DNA of 63,889 nucleotides, counting the filler, from Welwitschia mirabilis (Eukaryota): assembly GCA_051453625.1 (NCBI GenBank). It is 7 parts of one record of this genome, joined end to end, with 100 filler letters (N's around TTAATTAATTAA, not from the genome) between each part and the next. Parts side by side here need not be neighbours in the genome. Positions count along the whole stretch, not along the records: positions 44,513 to 62,176 come from JBOZIK010000001.1; positions 62,277 to 63,889 come from JBOZIK010000001.1; 5 more parts are not named here. One strand, written 5' to 3'. The translations under genes and the position numbers were made by a program. The first letter of the stretch is position 1; every line of letters starts with the position of its first letter. This document shows, piece after piece, positions 54,190 through 63,889 of the stretch. The notes beneath the pieces are model-generated. The model had not been told where the DNA came from, ran no database searches, and was given only the letters and a program-made list of their open reading frames with translations.

Positions 54190-56074
54190 GCTGAAAACTT
54201 GAAATTCAGCAAAACCTCCCGAGTCCTGGGAGCAGCTGATATTCCAATGCAGATTGCAGACTTCTGGTGTTAATCTCCAGATTTTTCTTCAGCGTTTTCA
54301 TCTGCGAAATGGTTCTCTTCCTCCTCCTATTCGCGCGCCAGATCACCTGTGGTTTCACGGGAAAAGAAGTCTATCCTTTCGTGCGAAAAAGGGTTCTTTT
54401 AATGTTACTGTGCGCGACTTTTTCAAAAATGTCGGCAACTTTTGTATGGCGACTTTGTCGCGAACATTTTCAAAAAGTCGGCCGATTTCGGCCGACTTGC
54501 AGACATTTTGCTTTTTGTTATGTCATGCCTTTTTCATCTATGCTTCTTTCGTTGTATTTCCTTTTATAATTGTCCCCTTCCTTCTCTATAACTTGTTGTA
54601 CTTTCAATGATGACAAAAGGGGAGACCATCTGAAAGTAGTTGTGTAGTTTGTTAAATTTCTGTTTGAAGTGATACAAACCTACTTTTGTATGATCATCTG
54701 GTTTAATAGAAAAGCTTTTTCCCCCTGGTACAAATCTCTTGTAAAATTTTAATATTCATCATTTGATACTTTCTTTCTCCATGTTGTTGCAAGTGATTAA
54801 ACAAATCTAATCCACACTATTGATTTTATAAGTACTATCAAGCCTTTATATATGTGTGTGCAAAGTGAATTAAATTGCAGGGTGCTAAACGGGTCATGTC
54901 TGATCCTTGATTTCTGAAAGATGGATCACAACTTCAGGGGGAGCAAGTTTCTACTAATCTATCTTCCTTCTCTAATCATTCAAGGCTTGTCATCATTGAA
55001 AAGGGGGAGATTGTCGGTAAGATATATTTCAATGATGACCAATGCAATAGTGCCTGTTAGGTAGGCATCCCACGTAAGCTCTAGAAAATCATCTAGTAGT
55101 GTAAAATTGGTGCAAACCAAGGACTTGTGCAAACTGATCTATTTGGGACATCCGACCTATTACATCAGGACGTCCGACTGTCTACACAAAATTTTCTATT
55201 GGCACATCTAGCCTGCAAAATTGGGACATCTGACCTTGTACATGACTAAAAGGTATTGGGACGTCTAGAGGAAAAACAGGGACGTCTGACCCTGTTCTTG
55301 GTTGGAGAATATTGGGATGTCTGAGGAACAAATCGAGACGCCTGACCCTGTCCTCATCTGGAAAATAACATCTGACTTTTAAAAATGGGACATCTAGCCA
55401 TCTTTCAGTCTATCAATAAAAGTCGTTAAAAACCAGGACATCCAGATTTTCTCAAGAAGACATTTGGGAAGATGAACGTTGGTGCGAAACACGCTTTTTT
55501 TGGTGAATGTTGGGCGCAAAATCAAAAGCAAAAACATCTAAGAGGCTTCTTTGGAGGCACACTTATCAATATGTCACCTTTTGACATCTTCTTTATTCTC
55601 TCATTAGTGTTCATTATATAAACGAATTGAAAAAGGAAAAGAGTGACCTCGCTGAACTTAGAAATATTACTTCTGTCTGTATCAAACGAAAAATTCTCTT
55701 CTGGCTGTGATTGTGTTCTGAAATAGGCAAATCTATTCATTCCGATTGTACTTAGTGCTGATGATCTATGCTTGAAAGGCTCAAAAAACATTAGTCTATT
55801 CTTCTTGTGTATTGCTGTACTAGAAGGGCAAGGATTGTAATTGCTGAACGCTGGGAAGAAGGGTTATTTGTATTAGATCTTTTGATCTAAGGGAACCAAG
55901 AGGCTGATGATTGTTGCTGCCCCCTCAGAGTGGAGTAGGCTGGATAGCCAAACCACTATTAAAGTTTTGGTGTTTGTAGCTTGAGCTTTATCTCTGTTTT
56001 TTAATTTTCATTTGTGTGAAGAACTGTTTAAAACCTTATTCATTCCCCCTCTAGGGTGTTTTTTGATCATAACA
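54190..56074 (+). mobile_element. 3' end of a Sirevirus: internal 3' region with multiple PPTs and a complete 3' LTR (55012-56074)
   Basis: PPTs AAAAGGGGAGA (~54615), CAGGGGGAG (~54935) and AAAAGGGGGAGAT (54999-55011). LTR runs TGTCGG...TATTCATTCCCCCTCTAGG..CATAACA and has a GGACGTCC/GGACATCC array at 55145-55470. Confidence 0.88.
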
Positions 56075-56653
56075 CTTTGTTGCAGTGGTGATGACTCATA
56101 TGCCTAGGAATCTTTAGTCACTTCTTGGTTCATGGACCCTTGGCTTTTAAACTTCCATGAGTCTAAGAAGCTAGAGCTCTTCAGTTTCTTGTACCTGCAA
56201 CAAGATATTTGAATTGTTCTCTCTTAATCTTGCTTTTTGTGCTCAACTTCTTCTGAGAATCTGGTAAATCTTGAGCTGCACTTCTTTGGTGGGTATCTGT
56301 GCTTAAGGAATTCTTCTTTGGCACCTTTTTCTGGATGCTTGTCAGGGTTGAATCTAAGCCCTCAAAAGATATAAGGGTGTTGATGGTGATTGGTCATTAG
56401 CCTGAAAACTAAAGTTGTAACTTGAGATTGCCAGGGGAACTGCAGAGCACAATTTGATACCCAAAGGGAGTGGAGTGGCCTAAGGCCGAACTACTGTAAA
56501 TTTTCTTTGCTGATTATGTGTTGGGCTTCACTGTTTTTATTATATGTTTCGATTTGCTCTTTCAGAAGCTTGATTATATTCGGCTTATAGGTTTTGAATT
56601 TTTTGTTTTCGCACCTTATTCATCCCCTCTTCTAGGGCGTCAAGGACCATATT
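56075..56653 (+). mobile_element. 3' portion of another Sirevirus/copia-type LTR
   Basis: GAGTGGAGTGGCC..GGCCGAACTACTGTAAAT and the terminal CCTTATTCATCCCCTCTTCTAGGG parallel the end of the 55012-56074 LTR. Confidence 0.65.
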
Positions 56654-58780
56654 AGGTTACCCTTATAAGGCATACTTGGGATCTTAAAAGAGAGGAAGCT
56701 TAAAAATGTCGAAGAGATCCCAAGGTCAAACCACTCCAATCATGCCTCTTCACCTAGTACACGTAGAAAGCTCTTCATGTGATTATAGAAAGCAGCATTA
56801 GAATTTAAGCAAGGATTTATTAGGGCATTTACAAACAAATTTAGAGTCAATAGCAAAGTTATTACTCAGATCTAACTGTAGGCAAGGATGCTTGATATCT
56901 TGTATGTTAGATGGATAGAAAAAATGAAGATTAGATTCTTAATCAAGGATTTATTATGGTATTTACAGACAAATATAAGGTCATTAGGGGACTTCCAAAT
57001 TTAGAAACTAGATATGGCAGTCCATATGTAAGTTTAAAAGCTGTTTTTGGTATCTGATGATGGTCGAGTGCCCTAGGTTAAGAGGTTAGACACCCAAGAT
57101 GGCAAAAGGGGTAAATGTTAAGGTTAGAATTATTCTATGCAGAAATAGAGGGTAAATCCATCCTTTTTCAATTAGTTAAAACATATCTTAGTAGGAGACA
57201 TATTAAACAATGTAGACTTGTCAATATAATGTATTTAATTAATGATAACTATTGAATTATATCTAGACCTTATATTAAATGCTTTAGTTCAGGTTTGTAA
57301 CATTTTTTTTGCTCATAACTAATTCTAACAATTGCATTCCCAGCTATGTTGAGTCTAATTGCTTCCAACTTGTTAATCAAGAATCCAATCTGGTAGAGTG
57401 CTATTTCTATCAACATGCTACAAGTTGATATCATCAAAGGATGTCAAGTTAACTATTATTGACTAGGTGAGATGACAAAATGACGCTCTAAGCCGTACAT
57501 AGAATACACATAGACTGATTTGTATGGTCTGTCATGTGCCATCTTGTTTCTCTTTATGGAGTGTTCACAATTGAATCTCTCACAATCTACAACACTGTCA
57601 TGTTGCACAAGTTTAAGTGAATTGTTAGTTATTAGGGAATTTATTAGGAATGAGATATCAAATTTCCAAGTCACTGAGCACTTGATTGCCTACAAATTAA
57701 TTCAGCTCAGTGGTATTGCATTCCCACCACAATGTTTTGCAGTCAGGTAGGAGGCAAAACAGTGTTATAGGACCATGACTACACTTCAGACTTCAAGCGC
57801 TGACACCTGTATAAATTTAGTGCAGATTAGAAGAAATCAAGAAAGTTTACCTGGATGTTTCTTTGTTGCCCCCTGCTTGGATTTGGGACTTGAAATATGT
57901 AATGTTGTGTAGGGCTCCTCGTAAAATCCAACATATGTCGATTCTTTCTTTTTTGCTGTACAACAGAAGTTGAAATATTTAATATTTACATCTTTTAAAA
58001 TCTTTCTTGTTTCAGGCATTGTGTATTTAAATTTAAATTGTAACTGCGACAAACTCACAATGAGACCTCTTATGTTTTCTTATTAACAGTGGTAGACAAA
58101 ACTTGTACATTTTTTAAGAACTAACTTTGCTGTTCAGTAAACCATGCCAGAGAAACACACAAACTTGTAAATCTCTTTGCAGTATCAATTATAAAGGAAG
58201 GTAAGAAGTTACTGACAACATGATGAACCTACTTGACGTCTTGTTTAATTGATTGATTGGAATTGTAGCTGTTCAAAGATATGTTTATATGGTAATGAGC
58301 TTTAACAGAAACTGATCCAAACCAAGGACTTTCTGTTTAACTAAGGGCCCTGCTCCGTTTTCCACTTTTTGAATTCTTACATATAATTTCTTCTCAATTT
58401 AGGAGTTTAATATTAAGTCAGATTTGTAAAATTTACAAGAAGAAAGTTTTCAGTTTTTTAAAACTTCTATAAAGGTCATTTCTTGCTTATTTGTTTGCTT
58501 TAGAAGGATCTAAAAAGTCTAATCCGTAATCTTCACTTCTTATTTTTGTTTTCTTCTGTTTCTTTTCATTTAGCAAATCATCTGTGGAGTTGTTTTTCTG
58601 GTTATAAAGTTTTTCCCTCTGTAGCAGTACTCATTGTATTTTGGTGCTTTGTCTAAGCATCCATAGGCATCTTGGAATCGCACTTGCATTTTGCTAAATT
58701 CATCTGAAGTATTTTTAACTGTAAATTGTATAACCAACTTTCTGAATGAATTAATCTTATTTTGTTTCATCAATTTCCAG

Positions 58781-58831
58781 CTGAATGATGGCGATTTTCT
58801 CTATCTGTTAGCAGATGCTGGAGCACAAGCG
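58781..58831 (+). CDS. Probable 51-nt internal exon of an unidentified host gene (LNDGDFLYLLADAGAQA)
   Basis: T-rich tract ending TTTCCAG, 17 whole codons, then donor GCG|GTAAAC. GC-richer than the intron-like flanks. Phase 0/0. Confidence 0.6.
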
Positions 58832-59329
58832 GTAAACTTATCTACTTCCAAACGTTCTTGTTTGCAATTTTAGTATCAATAGAAAGATGCAATCTTAAGA
58901 AGGACTGTTCTTTTATGTGCCATGTTGCAGTTCCAATATGGAAATCCAGATATACTCTGCACTCCACTTGTTGAAGCCAACACTCAAGGAAAGGATTTGC
59001 TGGTATGATAGCAACAAATAATATGCTTGTCAGGATATTTTGTGCAAGTACATGGATACCATAATGGACCATTAATTTGGAGTTCTAAAAGGGTTGTTCT
59101 TTTCTTTTCTTTTTTTTCTTTTTTTTTTACATTTGAACACTGATTGCATCTGGGAGAGCAGATAGGTAAATTTATCATATTGTAAGTTATCTTGATAACA
59201 GAGGTCTTTCAGAATTCTGGATTGCAACCTAGAGAAATCTGGCACCTAAACATGCATACTCAATTTTGTGAATAGTAGATTGTATTATTATTATCAAAAC
59301 CTTATACTGACATGGAACAAAACTTACAA

Positions 59330-62170
59330 TAACTTATTAAGAGTAGGATAGTGAGGAATATGTAATATTGACAACAAAAAGATTTGTAGCCCTCTCATGA
59401 GACAATGCAAGTTATTTCTCTGGTTGAAGTGACATTGCCTTCTAGCATACGATGGAATCATCTTTCTAAAGGTTGGTCATATGGTGAATAATCTAAGATA
59501 AACCTTGGGATCCATGAGTAGGCATAGAGAGTCACATTTTAACTCTGAAGGTCTTTGGAGATTCAGTTGTGCTTTGACATCCTCCCATGACTTCTTTTAG
59601 GTACTTTGAACCCTCTAGCACATTATTATGGGTTTCTCCTTAACAAGAAAACAGACCATGGAAACAAAAGGAAAAGCTATCCACAACCCACCTTGCCCGA
59701 TGGTTGTTTTATGGGTAAATCATTCAAGTATTGGAATATAGAAGACAAGTAAACATTTATGAAAATCTAGGAAACCACCATTAATGAAATAGCAGGAAAA
59801 GCAAAAAGCACAATACAGATATAACATCAACAAAAGAGGCAAATGAGTCCTATCCATTTTCACCAAGGTCCTTTACAAGATTGTGGGGCACGAATGGAAG
59901 AACTCCTTTATGCTTTTGAAGGTCTCAAGGAAATGAGTAAAGAATGACAAGAAATGAGTTGAGTGCCAAAAAAAAATAAAAAGTTGTATAGGTAAGGGTC
60001 TTATGTGATGTCCTAACTTAGGGTTAAATTATGTGTTCTAAGTAGTGAGTAAAAATCTGCAAAAGTAAAAAGTCAGCAACCTCCCAAAAAAAGATGGAGA
60101 CTAATCAGCATTAAAAGACCTCTAATAATGTAATAAAAATATCTAAATCAACATGTTGAGGTGTTTTCTGAATTTTAGTAGATGAATGTTAAGCCTGAAA
60201 TTGAAATCACATTTTAAATATCAATGAACAAACATTTAGAATCATATTACACATCCCAAACATTATTAAAAAAGGAAAACTAAACAATAGAAAAGTGCAA
60301 TGTTTTATATATTATCCACAATCTTAGGAGACATAAGAATCCAATAGTCTAGATGTCTGCCTTAAATCTGAGAACAACCAAAAGGTACCTGTCAACACAA
60401 CCTACAAGGCCACGAGCCTACAAGAGCACAAAAAAACAACAATGGAAAAAGCTATCTATAGTAATGTCCTCAGGGTTCTTAGAAGAACCCTCCCTAGTCC
60501 TCCTTTGTAGTGGCAACTTCCTCCATGACTAATAGACATTAGAATGTTGTGGAGGTGCTAGAGGTTCTTGGTCATCCTCCAATTCAGACCTGGCCACTCA
60601 TCCATGCTCAAGAAGGGATCATCCTCATTCTCATTGGACTTTGAATAAGAAGATGCATGACCTGCAATGTCATCATTAAGACTAGGATTTCCACTATTAT
60701 CATCAAAATGATCAACAACATGAGGAGTTTGTGTTTGGGCTAAAGAAGAACCCATGGTTATTTTCCTCACAACAACAACATGACCTATCAAAGTAGAATA
60801 TCAAGAAGAGTGTTGGAAGGCATATCATTATCATGAGAAACACCCTTATCTCCATTACCCTCATCAATTCACTAAATACAAGGTAGAGATGGGTGAATAA
60901 CGTCAAGGTCCATCAACTTTGAAGTCGTTGATGCTAGCTCCTTGAGATCAAATCTAAAGTTATGATGTACAAAAACTAAATCATGGAGTCTCTAGGTTGT
61001 AAGCTCATTATGCTTTCTTGAGTGTATGTACGTGAAGATGCTCCTATTACACTCATACCTTGTGATCAATGATACCAACAATTGATAGAAAACAATAAAA
61101 AGGATTTGCATATGGCATGATGGAAATATAAATTACAATGTTCAAACGTCAAAGTTCCAACAAGTACTAGATGTATTACATGGCTGTAAAACAATTCGAA
61201 TGGCTATTTCTTTCAAAGGCAATGTGTTCAAGCCATAATGAGTCCACCACGTACACTAAAACAATAAAGCGTCAAAGTGTTTTACAAACTATTTCCAGAA
61301 AACAAATTATTAATTCAATAAACAAACTTACTAGTGATGTAAATTCCTTTCCCTAGGCATGGGAAGGCAACAATGTCAGCTTTCTAGGGCGAGGTATCTT
61401 GGACTTGTTTTGGAGGTCTGGTAGATATTACATACCTGCAGTGAAGCCCTTCTAGTATAGAGTAATTGGTGCAGAGGGTAGAGCAAAGGGCCTCCACCCA
61501 GTAAAGAGCTCACCGAAGGTAGCCCTCCTCAGACAGAGTAATTGGTGCATAGGGTAGAGCAAAGGGCCTGCACCTAGTAAAGAGTTCACAGAAGGTAGCA
61601 AGCTAAGGAAAACTCAAAAAGAGGAAAGACATGGGGAAGGGGAAGGTGGAACTACTTGAGAAGGTGGTATCCTCTAGCTTGGTTGAGGATGTCCTAGGAA
61701 GGAGATTGGAGTTGGTCTTTGAGATTGGGAAGTAGAGGTTCCAACATTAGATCTCCTCCCGAAGTTGTAATAGGTTGGCTCTTCCACTAATAAGAGAAGA
61801 AGTGTGCACCAAAGGGTGATCTTCTTCTTACTACAACCAAGGGCTTCTTGTCTCTCCTATAAGGAGGGAGGGGAACCTAAATAGGGTAATATTTATAGTT
61901 CCAGAAAGAGTAAGAATGCTATTAACTATAAACTTGAAACTCAGTTGGAAAATAAAACCAAGAGAAAGGGAGTTTCTGCCTTTTGTTATCTCCCAAGAGG
62001 AGAGAAAGGGAGTTTCTCCCTTCCTAGTTTCCCTTTGCTAACATTAGAAGGAAGAACCAAGAGAAGGGATAAGATAACAAAAGTGATGTAGAATGCAACA
62101 AGGAATGAGGCACAACTAGGGAAACACAAAGAAAATAGATTGCAACAACAAAAAAAAAATAAGAAAAAAA
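59330..62170 (-). mobile_element. Heavily decayed Ty1/copia remnant (integrase-, RT- and RNase H-like traces, LTR-like right end)
   Basis: Minus strand: KDLGE (~59862-59876), ETHNNVLEGSKYLK (~59595-59638, like H..A..RILRYLKG), integrase-like traces at ~61170-61250 and LTR-like ATTTATAG at ~61890. Motifs are weak. Confidence 0.5.
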
Positions 62171-62276
62171 AAATAANNNNNNNNNNNNNNNNNNNNNNNN
62201 NNNNNNNNNNNNNNNNNNNNTTAATTAATTAANNNNNNNNNNNNNNNNNNNNNNNNNNNNNNNNNNNNNNNNNNNN

Positions 62277-63889
62277 TGAATTTTTTCCCACAGCTCTGGG
62301 CATCGCTCATAGAGCCCCGGGTTAGCAGGCTCATAGGTTGGAGGGGCTCCCATGGTAGTTTTAATTTGAGAATGAGTGTGGGTAATCTTCCTAGCTGTAT
62401 AAATAGGGAAGGGTAAAGGGGCTTTATTGAAAATTAGGCTGTTTCTGATCCGCCATATCCACCAGAAAGTTAGGCGAATCCCATCCACTAAATGCATGTC
62501 AGGGGCGCCACATCTTTGACAGTACTCCGTCATTATTTCAATTAGTTCCTTGTTCCAAGCGCATTGATGAAAGAGATGCTGTGCTGTTTCGGGATTAGAC
62601 TGGCAGATGGGACAATTAGTATCAACGTGAAATCCCCTTTTTGATAATTGATCTCTTATCAAAATTTGGTGGTACTCTTTCAGCCAACAGAAGACTTTAA
62701 TTTTTGTCGGTATTTGTCTTCTCCAATGCTTCTTGTAACCATCTGGTTTGCCATATTTTTTGATCAAGATTTGTTTGGAAGTTTCACTCTGAGAAATGTT
62801 CAATTTAGTAAGTTGTTGGTGAGCTTTGCAAAGATGCTTCCTTAGATATGATATCCCGTGCTCAATTCTCCAGTTTCTGTACTTGTGATTAATTCACTCC
62901 ATGGCTGCCCTCCCTCTTGTAATCTCTTTAGGATCCTTTGAGCTCTTGTGAGAATAAAATCTTCAGGTATTTGAATTCCCCATCCTCCTGATTCCTTAGG
63001 GCGGGCTATAATTTCCCATTTACAGAGATGTACTCGGTGGTGATCTTTTCCCCCGACCAGATAAAATCTTTTAAGATCCTGTCAATTTTCTGTATGATAT
63101 TCTTTGGGGGGGCGATAACGGAAGCTATGTATATCGAAAAGAAGAAATTAGACAGGAATTTGTAAGAATGATTTTAGCCTTTGAGGACAGAAAGTTGTTA
63201 TGCCATGAGCTGCACCTACTTTGTATAGATTCCAAAATGTAATTCCAGGTACTTGTCTTGTGCAATTTCATAGAGGAATGCCCAGGTAGATATCCTGAAA
63301 GTCTCCTAACTTTNNNNNNNNNNNNNNNNNNNNNNNNNNNNNNNNNNNNNNNNNNNNNNNNNNNNNNNNNNNNNNNNNNNNNNNNNNNNNNNNNNNNNNN
63401 NNNNNNNNNNNNNNNNNNNNNNNNNNNNNNNNNNNNNNNNNNNNNNNNNNNNNNNNNNNNNNNNNNNNNNNNNNNNNNNNNNNNNNNNNNNNNNNNGAAA
63501 AATTTGACCTCCAATTCTGATTCCTATAACTCCGTTGTTTCTTAAGAAAACCTGTAGAACATTCATCACAAAGAGAAAAAGGTATGGGAATAGAGGGTCC
63601 CCTTGTCTCAAACCTCTTCCCACTGAGAAGAAGTTTGATCTATGGCTATTGACCTCCACACTAAACTTAGTTGAAGCCTGCATGTCTAGCTATAGGTTAA
63701 TAATATCTTGAGAGAAGCCGATTTTCCTAAGAATGCACTCTAATGCTTGCCAACTAGCTGAGTCATAAGTTTTTGCAATATCTAGTTTAGCAATGAGAAG
63801 CGGAAATTTATGTTTTTTAACAGAGTGAATAATTTTATGAGTCAAAAGGATTTGGTCTTGGATATACCTGGAACGAATGAAGCCGACTT
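62277..63889 (-). mobile_element. L1-clade LINE ORF2 (RT and zf-RVT), disrupted; continues beyond window
   Basis: KLDIAKTYDSASW, FSVEVN, RGLRQGDPLFPYLFLFVMNVL and YLGIPL (frameshifted). Also HRVHLCKWEII..P..GGWGI and WRRQIPTKIKVFCW..ILIRDQLSKRG..CPIC..ETAQHLFHQC. Confidence 0.95.

Noticed and set aside
54254..54610. Overlapping 118-aa and 100-aa ORFs as a membrane protein gene
   Set aside because: Neither has an ATG start and neither shows a recognisable motif. The hydrophobic tail derives from T-rich TE 3' sequence.
3406..62276. Six recurring palindromic TTAATTAATTAA islands as a biological repeat or insertion motif
   Set aside because: Each is flanked by exactly 44 N on both sides (100 bp total). 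This is a synthetic six-frame-stop linker marking gaps, so order and distance across these points are uncertain.

Overview
Plant (angiosperm-type) nuclear DNA from a gappy draft assembly, not a prokaryotic region. About three quarters of the sequenced bases are decayed, nested retrotransposons. These include two Athila-type Ty3/gypsy copies in opposite orientation (1-7.7 kb minus; 7.85-15.1 kb plus) and a Tekay/Del chromovirus (15.2-28+ kb, minus). The chromovirus carries a Sirevirus (Ty1/copia) at 19581-25922 with a TCTAT target-site duplication. Further Sirevirus LTR/gag pieces lie at 44.5-50.1 kb and 54.2-56.7 kb, old gypsy and copia pol remnants at 39.8-41.1 kb and 59.3-61.3 kb, and an L1-type LINE ORF2 at the right end. 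The 33.2-44 kb and 56.7-59.3 kb stretches look like large introns with a few candidate short exons of unidentified host gene(s). No intact gene, RNA gene or CRISPR array is supportable. The six N44-TTAATTAATTAA-N44 blocks are assembly linkers. I found no convincing wholly new system. The best candidate is a non-autonomous Sirevirus built as LTR-gag-protease-extra ORF-LTR, lacking integrase/RT/RNase H. Family assignments come from reading motifs by eye, not from database searches.
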